Shown here piece after piece: positions 54,130 to 64,000 of a stretch of 64,000 nt of DNA (within the stretch, counting starts at the first letter, position 1; every line of letters starts with the position of its first letter). Both the position numbers and the translations under genes were made by a program. Location: the NCBI RefSeq assembly GCF_039654945.1, contig NW_027361810.1, positions 8,370,001-8,434,000 of the forward strand, in the 5' to 3' direction. The notes under the pieces are model-generated. The model was not told where the DNA came from, ran no database searches, and saw only the letters and a list, made by a program, of their open reading frames with translations. Source of the DNA: Dendrobates tinctorius. Lineage: Eukaryota.

Positions 54130-55689
54130 TTGTCTAGTGTGCCCCCGGTGCAGTTTTGATGCCCATCCTCCGCCGTGAGGTTGAGTAGTGTAACCCGCAG
54201 CGGTTATGACACCGGGGTGTGGCTGTTTCATTCCCCCACTGTGGTTTTGATGCCCATCCTCTGAGGTGCGGTTGTGTAGAGTGCCCCCATTGCAGTTATG
54301 ACCCCTGGTGTGGTTGTCGCCTTCCCCCGCTGAGGTTTTGATGCCCATCCTCCAAGGTGCGGTTGCATAACGCGCCCCTACAGCGGTTATGACACCAGGG
54401 TGTGGCTGTGTCACCTTCCGCCGCTGAGGTTTTGATGCCCATCCTCCGTGGTGTGCTTGTGTAATGTGCCCCCGCTGAGGTTTTGATGCCCATCCTCCAT
54501 GGTGTGGTCGTGTAATGTGCCCCCGCTGAGGTTTTGATGCCCATCCTCTGCGGTGCGGTTGTGTAGTGTGCCCCCGCTGAGAGTTTTGATGCCCATCCTC
54601 TGCGGTGCAGTTGTGTAGGTGCCCCCGCTGAGGTTTTTATGCCCATCCTCTGCGGTGCGGTTGTGTAGCGTGCCCCCCGCTGAGAGTTTTGATGCCCATC
54701 CTCTGCGGTGCGGTTGTGTAGCGTGCCCTCCGCTGAGGTTTTGATGCCCATCCTCTGCGGTGCGGTTGTGTAGCGTGCCCCCCGCTGAGAGTTTTGATGC
54801 CCATCCTCTGCGGTGCAGTTGTGTAGCGTGCCCTCCGCTGAGGTTTTGATGCCCATCCTCTGCGGAGCGGTTGTGTAGCGTGCCCCCGCTGAGAGTTTTG
54901 ATGCCCATCCTCTGCGGTGCGGTTGTGTAGCGTGCCCCCCGCTGAGGTTTTGATGCCCATCCTCTGCGGTGCGGTTGTGTAGCTTGCCCCACGCTGAGAG
55001 TTTTGATGCCCATCCTTCGTGGTGTGGTCGTGTAGTGTGCCCCCCGCTGAGGTTTTGATGCCCATCCTCTGTGGTGCGGTTGTGTAGTGTGCCCCCGCTG
55101 AGAGTTTTGATGCCCATCCTCTGCGGTGCGGTTGTGTAGCGTGCCCCCCGCTGAGGTTTTGATGCCCATCCTCTGCGGTGCGGTTGTGTAGTGTGCCCCC
55201 ACTGAGGTTTTGATGCCTATCCTCTGCGGTACGGTTGTGTAGCGTGCCCCCGCTGAGAGTTTTGATGCCCAACCTCTGCGGTGCAGTTGTGTTGCGTGCC
55301 CCCCGCTGAGGTTTTGATGCCCATCCTCTGCGGTGTGGTCGTGTAGTGTGCCCCCGCTGAGAGTTTTGATGCCCATCCTCTGCAGTGCGGTTGTGTAGCA
55401 TGCCCCCCGCTGAGGTTTTAATGCCCATCCTCTGCGGTGCGGTTGTGTAGCGTGCCATCCGCTGAGGTTTTGATGCCCATCCTCTGCGGTGCGGTTGTGT
55501 AGAGTGCCCCCGCTGAGAGTTTTGATGCCCATCCTCTGCGGTGCGGTTGTGTAGTGTGCCCCCCGTTGAGGTTTTGATGCCCATCCTCTGCGGTGCGGTT
55601 GTGTAGCGTGCCCCCGCTGAGAGTTTTGATGCCATCCTCTGCGGTGCGGTTGTGTAGTGTGCCCCCGCTGAGGTTTTGATGCCCATCCT
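54130..55689. repeat. 51-53-bp GC-rich satellite, left of the provirus
   Basis: Unit GCCCCCGCTGAGGTTTTGATGCCCATCCTCTGCGGTGCGGTTGTGTAGCGT. Confidence 0.95.
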
Positions 55690-56331
55690 TGTCTTGCTAA
55701 ATTTTCTCCCAAATTAGGTTATTTACCTTAACTTACGTAGCGCTCACTGGCATCCCAACCAGGCAAAGATTATTGACAATCTTTTATTTCAGCAAGCAAT
55801 CATTTTGTTTTACATAGCACATGAATAGTCTCAAGATTTTAAAAAAATGACAGTTATGACATGAAAGATTTCAGCATCAATAATAATTACCGAGTTATTG
55901 TAGCATCACCCTTCGCATCGGGGGACCTCGATCAGCGGGAAGGGGTTTTCCTCGGTCAGCATCACAGACTAAGTGCGTCCACTTGAATCGTCTGGAAAGT
56001 CCCCACCCGCTGAGGAGGTCAGTACTTTTTATAATATTAATTGGAATGATCACGCACTGACATGCGCAGAAACTTTTTTTTCACATTCCTCCTTTATCTC
56101 AGTTGGTTTGGTTCTCACATTCCTCCCTTCCAACTCCCACAACAATGCCTGAGCAGGTGGTTGCTTTTCACATTCCTGAGTGTGTGCTCTCCTCATGGTA
56201 GGAAAAGTTCAGATTCCGGTCACAATCCATAGTATCCAAATGGATGTTTCAATGTACTGCAATCACTACCTTATTGACTGGATGCCTATCTATACCAGTC
56301 TCTCACTCATGCATATCCCATTTGTATCACA
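55690..56331 (-). repeat. 3' LTR (642 bp)
   Basis: Direct repeat of 62184-62828, differing by about 3 substitutions and one short indel. Minus strand has TATAAAA at 56027-33 and AATAAA near 55785. Confidence 0.95.
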
Positions 56332-56353
56332 ATCGGTCCTTGATTGCAGTCTT

Positions 56354-58058
56354 TTAAACACCATCTTTATAGGACACCATGAGCACTTGTGGTTTCTTGC
56401 AACACATTTTATAAGCTATATAGCAATTCCATATGGATAATAGAATCACTACAATAGCCATCACCAACGCGGGATGAATCAGCCAATTCAATAATTTGGT
56501 AGCTGAGAGCGAATACCCTAGAAAAATATCATACCAATGATGAGAGGTAGCATCAGCAATAATCGATCCCATTTTTACAATCTTATCTGCTATAATAGTG
56601 GTGCTTATCACATGCATTGGTATAGTTCTATTTAATTGAGTAATCATATATTTTCCTTCTTCTGATTATTCAATTATATGTTTCAATTTCGTTAAATTTA
56701 CCTCCCAATTATTGATTTCTAATGTTGGTTCCCACTCAATAATGGCAGCAGTTGTTACATCTGAGCTTAACAGAAAAGTTCGATTTTCCCATTGTAGTGC
56801 GGTTACATTTCTTAGGCATCCCACATAAGGTACTATCATTCCAGAGATTATTGGAACATCAGTTATTACACAAATTTCTTGTGAACCTATCTCCACCAAC
56901 ATCTTGTAGGATATTGGTAGAATGGTGAACTCACAAATATTCACAGTCTCTTGTAGCAAACATGGTTCATATACAGCAGAATGCAACCTACAAATTTTAC
57001 CTTCTAATGTGTCTTCACATAAGCTTAAATCATGTGTGCGATTATTGTCATCAATATATAAGCCATTCATTTCCTGTCATAAGACGAGTCTGCATTGTTG
57101 CCTTCTGCTGCATCTGATAAATAGCCTGCATTGTACACATAGTCCAATTAAGAATCGCACTAATATTTGATCCTTCCTTGAATACAAAAGAATTTGAAAT
57201 ATTCTGCATATCTAGTAAAAATGTATCTGCTTGCCAAGCTTGTGTCAGTGGGTGCCATATTGTAGGCATCCATTTACCTTGTAAAGTTAAAACCTCTTGT
57301 ATTCCTGCACCTGCTTTACTCATGCGATTTGCTAGAGTTTCAATATCAAAAGAATTCAAAGTCCCAGTAACAGTTCCCACTCCCCCCAGCAACGTATCAT
57401 ACCATGCCCTTTTTTGTCTTATAGGGCAGAGAACGTTAGACGGAAATATCACTATAGCTGTTACTACAGTCTTTTGTGATTGAGTTCCAGTCTTTACACA
57501 GGACGAGGGGATCCTCTTCATATGTCCCGGATCCGTTTTTGACGAATTCATATTAACAAACGTTATACTTTGTGCCCAAGTACTTCTATTCGTTATACTA
57601 GTAGCATTATGACAAAGTAAAGTCTGTAGGACATTAATACTGAATACTAATTCTGTTCCACTTCCAATGGTGGGGGTGCAATTCTTATAGATCCGTATTT
57701 GTTGAGTTGGAGACAAAGACTCAAAACCCCCACCGGCGTTACAACATGTTAAGTTCACCTTAGCGGTAATATTCACAGTTCCGTGCATATTGTGTAACAT
57801 ATATGCTACTTGAAATGAGGTGGTCCCACGGGGGCCTATCCATACATATCCTTCCACTGTTACATTAGCTATGTTACAGTTCTGTCCTTCTGGGCAAATA
57901 AAATCCTCTTGTTTTCGTTCTTTTGTGCTTTTCTTCCACAACCACCTTATCCGACTGGTGTTTTGACTTTGGATTTGAGTACCCGGTGTTCATCCTTCAA
58001 CTTTCACCAAACACTCGCTTCCAAGGATTCCAATAATTTCACATATTCCCAGAAATAT
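56354..58058 (-). pseudogene. env: Retroviral env (SU, furin site, TM), disrupted
   Basis: Hydrophobic leader IFLGICEIIGILG, many NxS/T sites, RQKR|AWYDTLLGGVGTVTG, a Cys-rich ectodomain and the TM helix LIHPALVMAIVVILLSIW. Stop at 57990-92 and frame breaks near 57060 and 56665. Confidence 0.85.
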
Positions 58059-58093
58059 CTGTTAGGGAAAAAAAAAACAAAGCATGATTTTAT

Positions 58094-61000
58094 TCACGCA
58101 AATAACATTTTTTTTTTTTCCTGGGGAACATATTCCCATTTCTCCACTCCTGGTCTCATGATTAGCAAAGTATGATCCTTGCCCACAGCAATGACTTCAG
58201 CCGCCGATGGCGGTCCTTGAGGACTCTGTACCCAAATTCTAGCTCCTACATTGGTCACATCTGATGACCCAAATGCTTTATCCCCCCGTAAGGGGAGTTC
58301 TAGTGGAGCTTGTCCTTCGATGGCTTGATCTAAACTAATAGGTATTACCAACATTTGAGCCATCTTTTGTCCTTTGGAAATAACTAGCGGCTCTTGTCCT
58401 AAATTGGACATAATAACTTTGATTTCTCCTTGATAATCAGCATCAATTACTCCTCCCACCATTATGGCCCCTTTTAAAGCAAAACTAGACCTAGTTGCCA
58501 ACTGACCATAATGTCCTTTAGGCATTTGACATCCTAATCCTGTTAGTATAGGAACAGTCTTACCTGGAGGTACAATAGTCACTTCTATTGCACTGAGATC
58601 CAATCCCGCATATAGGGGAGTTGCTCTTTCAGGAATTTTAGCCTCTTGTTTCATCTTCCACCAAGTAATTGTATGTACAATATGAGTTTCGTGTATGGTA
58701 AGATTGGGTGTCAGCATTCTCATCAATGGTGTCATGGAATCAGTAATTGGCCTATTGTTAATAATTTGTAAAGCCTCACTTAGATTGTCTCTCCACTGGC
58801 CATATTCTCCTTCCTTATTGTGTATCTTTTTCAGAGTAGACTTCAAGAGTCCATTCATCCTTTCCACTAACCCTGCAGCTTGGGGATAGTAGGGCATATG
58901 ATATACCCATTGGACATTATGCTCATTAGCATAATCCTTTATCTGTTCACCAGTGGAGTGTGACCCATTGTCAGTCTGTATCTGCAGTGGAACACCATAG
59001 TATTGTGTGATAATCTCTAATGTACGTAATGTGCTCCATTGTGTGGCTGCTTTGCAAGGGAATCCTATCATAAGTCCTGAGTAGGTGTCTACTGCTGTGC
59101 AGACATATTTACATCCCCTACTCTCAGTGAGTGGACCAATGAAATCCATTTGCCATATCTGAGCTGGTAATTGCCCTCGAGCTATGTGTCCCATTACTGT
59201 GTGTGGAACTTCCCTTTTTTGTGAATGCTGGCATACTGGACACTGTGCAATGACTTGTTTTATAATGTCCATGGTTAGTGGAACACCTCTTTCTTGGGCC
59301 CACCTGTAAGTGGCTCTTTCTCCAAGGTGTCCACTCTTGTTGTGCGCCCAAACAGCTGTACCTTGCAGCCATTTTTCTTTTTCTTGATCAACCTCAGAAG
59401 TCTGTCTAATAGCGGCGGCTTTATCTGCTTCAGAATTAAACAAACGATCAAGTGAGTCAGCAGGCATATGTGCATCAACATGAAAAACAGTAGTAAGCGT
59501 GATTCGAACCATTTCTTCTATAAATTCCCACACCTCTTTTCCCCACACTTCCTTACCATGTATTAACCAACCATATTTCTTCCATCCCATCATCCAAGTT
59601 GCAAGACCATTAGCCACAGACCACGAGTCTGTGAAAAGGTGACACTCCTTCCCTTGTTCAAAACTCAATGCCAGAAAGATAGCATACAATTCTGCATATT
59701 GGCTACTTTTACCGTGACCTTCCATAACCAAATGTTTTTCTAGTTTCGGGTTATAAGCCACACCCTTCCAGTGTCGCTTTCCATTGACATATCGAGCTGA
59801 CCCATCAGTGAACCAAGCATGTTGCTGTTGTTGTTCTGTTAAATCTTCATAAGATTTTCCCCATTTTACAGGGGACTCTTCCCGGACAGTTGGTTTCACA
59901 GGGGATTTGATTTCTTCCCCTATTTCAGCTATTTCCTCATGGAGGGAGGCCATCCCGCCTTCTCCTTTCTTTGCTCTTTCAGAAATGTACCATTTCCATT
60001 TTATGATACTTTGTTCCTATGCATATCCTACCCTATTGGTTTTAGGGTTAGACAATACCCATTGCATTATAGGTATTGTTGGTCTTAATAAGACTTCATG
60101 TCCTAAAGTTAGCTGTTCTGTTTCTACCAATGCCCAATAAGAAGCTAGCAATTGTTGTTCTAATGGAGTATACTTTTCTCCAGCATCAGGGAGTTTTCGA
60201 TTCCAAAATCCTAAGGGAACTCTTTTTCCCTTGTTTTTGCCATAATGACCAATTTGCATACATATTTTGTACTGATACATGCAATTCTACACTCCCCGCT
60301 GCCATTGGCCATAACTCTACAGCTTGCTGTATGGCCTCTTTCACCATCTCAAAAGCAGTTTGTTGTTCTTCCCCCCCAATGGAATTCATATTTCTTCCTC
60401 GTCACTTTATACAAAGGAGACAGCATTTGTCTTAAATGAGGTATATGCTGTCTCCAAAATCCAAATAGCCCAATATAAGATTGAGTCTCTTGCTTAGACT
60501 TGGGAGTAGGGAAATTAATAATCTTCTGTTTAGCTTGTGGCAAGATTTCCCTATGTCCTTTATTCCATTGGATTCCAAAGAATTTTACAACTTGAGCCGG
60601 TCCTTGGACCTTTGCCTCATTTATTTCCCATCCTTTGCTCCTCATATGCACCAAAAGTTTTTCCAATTGTGATTTCACTGCCTGCTCCTCATTTCCTTGT
60701 ATCATTATATCATCAATATAATGAGAAATTTGCATATCTGAGGGCAAGGAGAACTGATCTAGATGTTCTGCCACCGTCCGGTGACAAATAGTGGGGCTAT
60801 GAAGCCATCCTTGAGGCAATCTGGTCATGGTATACTGTCGACCTAACCAGGTAAAAGCAAATTGATCCTGCGCCTTTTCCTCTATTGGAATTGTAAAGAA
60901 GGCATTAGCCAAATCAATCACTGCATACCAAGTTCCATTATGACTCTGTATATTTTCTATTATAGTGATAGTATCTGGCACTGCAGCTGTTAATGGGGGG

Positions 61001-61490
61001 GGGTACATTTGTTCAGTTCCCTGTAATCCACTGTCATACGCCAGGAGCCATCACTCTTTTTAACTGGCCAGACTGGATTATTCCATGCAGTAGTAGTGGT
61101 ACGCATGACTCCTGCATCCACCAGATCTTTAATTGTTTCAGTAATCTCTTTGTGTCCCCCTGGTATTCGATACTGTTTCAGTGCCACCATTTTAGTAGCA
61201 GGAGGGATATGTACAGGGGGCATTTTTACTTTTCCTATCGTTACAGGTCTCATTTGTATTTCTGCCATTTTTACTCCAAAGGAGAATTTTCCAGCCGATA
61301 AATTTAAAGTCATTCCTTTTAAAACATCAATTCCCAATATATATTCTGGAATGGGTACTACTAAAACACGGTAACTTCTTATCGGTAAGTTTCCTATTTT
61401 CAAAGCAACTTGTGTTTGTACTCCGGTGATTACCTGTCCTCCTAGTCCAGCAATTTTAATTTTTGGACCTCTGAATTTTGTGGGAATACC
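58094..61490 (-). pseudogene. pol: pro-pol: partial protease, RT, tether, RNase H, integrase, dUTPase
   Basis: WRMTVDYRELNK, IDLANAFF, LPQG, YIDD, FTDGS, HVDAH, HHCC, WQMD/QTDNG/VERMNG. Frameshifts near 61000, 60375 and 60230; one stop at 60017. Confidence 0.92.
58260..58660 (-). other. dut: dUTPase domain between the integrase core and a short C-terminal domain
   Basis: All five motifs present: AGLDL, RSS, GVIDADYQGE, AQML and RGDKAFGSS. Confidence 0.9.
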
Positions 61491-62150
61491 TTTTTTCCTT
61501 ATTAATTTTTCCTCTTCTCTTGCAATATTTATTTTGAGCAACTATGATAGCAGCTTTCTCTGCTACACTCTGGTAATGTTCCAACTTATCTTTGAGCAGA
61601 CGGGTATTGCAATCCAGCACCACTTTCTGCCCTCCTAGCTCTGCAACTTTTTGTTCCAATTGAGAGCACTTCCTCTGCATTTGTTGATTCCGCTCATGCA
61701 TCGCGCGATATGCACTGAGCAGAATCCAAGTTCGTCGCCCAAGCGACACAACATCACCCGCCTTGGCGGGGACACCCATGAGTACATTAACAACATCATG
61801 GGTTAACTGCATCACCTGCCTTTGCAGGGAAAACCTCGAGTAACTAAACAACATCGAGGGGTTATCTGCATCACCTGCCTTTGCAGGGATCCCCATGAGT
61901 AAACCAACATCATGGGTTAACTGCATCACCTGCCTTTGCAGGGAAAACAAATCCACATACGCCGTCCTAAAAACTCTACATCACCCCTGAGTACTTTAAC
62001 ATCAGTGGGTTCACTACCTTTAAGCTTACTAGACCACTGTTCCGCCAGTCCAGAACTGCTCAACTCATGTGCCAATACATTATACGGTGCCTCAGTCCAA
62101 CCGGGCACATCCACTACATCCTCCTGCTTTTCCTTTCGTTTCTTAAACAT
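61490..62150 (-). pseudogene. gag: gag N-terminal remnant; capsid region and protease active site deleted
   Basis: ATG 10 nt after the PBS; VPGW, GRRTWILLSAYR and a coiled-coil, then a direct join to post-catalytic protease GIPTKFRGP with no DTG motif. Confidence 0.75.
61752..62010 (-). other. Array of repeated co-varying hairpins inside 5' gag
   Basis: Four bulged stem-loops and four CC(T/C)GC-(A/C)AAG-GC(A/G)GG hairpins at about 55-59-nt spacing. Confidence 0.75.
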
Positions 62151-62160
62151 ATTGAAAAAG

Positions 62161-62178
62161 ATCCTGCCGACTACGCCA
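62161..62178 (-). promoter_or_regulatory. Primer binding site, tRNA-Ser
   Basis: TGGCGTAGTCGGCAGGAT is an 18/18 complement of the vertebrate tRNA-Ser 3' end ATCCTGCCGACTACGCCA, 5 nt from the LTR. Confidence 0.93.
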
Positions 62179-62183
62179 ATTTA

Positions 62184-62828
62184 TGTCTTGCTAAATTTTC
62201 TCCCAAATTAGGTTATTTACCTTAACTTACGTAGCGCTCACTGGCATCCCAACCAGGCAAAGATTATTGACAATCTTTTATTTCAGCAAGCAATCATTTT
62301 GTTTTACAAAGCACATGAATAGTCTCAAGATTTTAAAAAAATGACAGTTATGACATGAAAGATTTCAGCATCAATAATAATTACCGAGTTATTGTAGCAT
62401 CACCCTTCGCATCGGGGGACCGCGATCAGCGGGAAGGGGTTTTCCTCGGTCAGCATCACAGACTAAGTGCGTCCACTTGAATCGTCTGGAAAGTCCCCAC
62501 CCGCTGAGGAGGTCAGTACTTTTTATAATATTAATTGGAATGATCACGCACTGACATGCGCAGTAACTTGTTTTTTTTCACATTCCTCCTTTATCTCAGT
62601 TGGTTTGGTTCTCACATTCCTCCCTTCCAACTCCCACAACAATGCCTGAGCAGGTGGTTGCTTTTCACATTCCTGAGTGTGTGCTCTCCTCATGGTAGGA
62701 AAAGTTCAGATTCCGGTCACAATCCATAGTATCCAAATGGATGTTTCAATGTACTGCAATCACTACCTTATTGACTGGATGCCTATCTATACCAGTCTCT
62801 CACTCATGCATATCCCATTTGTATCACA
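62184..62828 (-). repeat. 5' LTR (645 bp)
   Basis: TG...CA; TATAAAA at 62521-27 and GGGGACTTTCC at 62488-98, both on the minus strand. Confidence 0.95.
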
Positions 62829-64000
62829 ATCCTCTGCGGTACGGTTGTGTAGTGTGCCCCCACTGAGGTTTTGATGCCCATCCTCTACGGTACGGTTGTG
62901 TAGCGTGCCCTCGCTGAGAGTTTTGATGCCCATCCTCTGCGGTGCGGTTGTGTAGTGTGCCCCCCGCTGAGGTTTTGATGCCCATCCTCTGCGGTGCGGT
63001 TGTGTAGCGTGCCCCCGCTGAGGCTGAGAGTTTTGATGCCCATCCTCTGCGGTGCAGTTGTGTAGCATGCCCCCCACTGAGGATTTGATGCCCATCCTCT
63101 GCGGTGCGGTTGTGTAGCGTGCCCCCGCTGAGGTTTTGATGCCCATCCTCTGCGGTGCGGTTGTGTAGCGTGCCCCCTGCTGAGGTTTTGATGCCCATCC
63201 TCTGCGGTGCGGTTGTGTAGCGTGCCCCCCGCTGAGGTTTTGATGCCCATCCTCTGCGGTGCGGTTGTGTAGCGTGCCTCCTGCTGAGATTTTGATGCCC
63301 ATCCTCTGCGGTGCGGTTGCGTAGCGTACCCCCCGCTGAGGTTTTGATGCCCATCCTCTGCGGTGCGGTTGTGTAGAGTGCCCCCGCTGAGGTTTTGATG
63401 CCCATCCTCTGCGGTGCGGTTGTGTAGCATACCCCCCGCTGAGGTTTTGATGCCCATCCTCTGCGGTGCGGTTGTGTAGCGAGCCCCCCGCTGAGGTTTT
63501 GATGCCCATCCTCAGCGGTGCGGTTGTGTAGCGTGCCCCCCGCTGAGTTTTTTATGCCCATCCTCTGCGGTGCGGTTGTGTAGAGTGCCCCTGCTGAGGT
63601 TTTGATGCCCATCCTCTGCGGTGCGGTTGTGTAGCGTACCCCCCGCTGAGTTTTTTATGCCCATCCTCTGTGGTGCGGTTGTGTAGCGTGCCCCCCACTG
63701 AGGTTTTGATGCCCATCCTCAGCGGTGCGGTTGTGTAGCGTGCCCCCCGCTGAGGTTTTGATGCACATCCTCTGCGATACGATTGTGTAGCGTGCCCCCC
63801 GCTGAGGTTTTGATGCCCATCCTCTGCGGTGCGGTTGTGTAGCGTGCCCCCGCTGAGGTTTTGATGCCCATCCTCTGCGGTGCGGTTGTGTAGCGTGCCC
63901 CCCGCTGAGATTTTGATGCCCATCCTCTGCGATTGTGTAGCGTGCCCCCGCTGAGGTTTTGATGCCCATCCTCTGCGATGCGATTGTGTAGTGTGCCCCT
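62829..64000. repeat. 51-53-bp satellite, right of the provirus (runs off the window)
   Basis: Same unit as 54130-55689, resuming in register after the TSD. Confidence 0.95.

Larger units (their letters stand above)
55690..62828 (-). mobile_element. Class III (ERV-S/ERV-L-like) endogenous retrovirus, defective, recent
   Basis: Two TG...CA LTRs; 5-bp TSD ATCCT (55685-89, 62829-33); gag-pro-pol-dUTPase-env remnants. Confidence 0.95.

Noticed and set aside
54296-55712. Long ORFs of 273-433 aa (also at 62787-63969)
   Set aside because: Stop-poor satellite that is open in all three minus frames.
61752-62010. CRISPR-like repeat-spacer appearance
   Set aside because: The spacers are homologous to each other and to gag, there are no cas genes, and the context is a vertebrate provirus.
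62161-62178. tRNA-Ser gene fragment
   Set aside because: Only the 18-nt 3' end including CCA, adjacent to the LTR, so it is the PBS.

Overview
Repeat-rich vertebrate DNA. The repeat spectrum suggests a frog, which is inference. The only clear host genes are two tandem, about 98% identical CXCR1/CXCR2-like chemokine receptor coding exons on the minus strand (11045-12094, 22458-23507). They are separated by an 8.3-kb array of a 35/36-bp repeat. The rest is mobile or repetitive DNA, much of it nested: four Tc1 transposons (two with open DD34E ORFs, one carrying a 57-bp minisatellite grown from its own transposase gene), an L2 and two CR1 LINEs, a tRNA-derived SINE, many Harbinger-, TTAA- and hAT-type MITEs, a solo LTR, and two Penelope-like remnants with minimal hammerhead motifs. 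A young class III (ERV-S/ERV-L-like) provirus lies at 55690-62828 on the minus strand, inserted into a 52-bp satellite. It has a tRNA-Ser primer binding site (PBS), a 5-bp target-site duplication (TSD), a dUTPase inside the integrase and a non-gamma-type spliced env. Its deleted gag carries an amplified array of co-varying RNA hairpins. The best leads are that hairpin array, the chimeric ERV architecture, and the CXCR pair, where homogenisation spares a hypervariable patch in extracellular loop 2 (ECL2) and one copy has almost no room for its own promoter. All counts and identities were made by eye.
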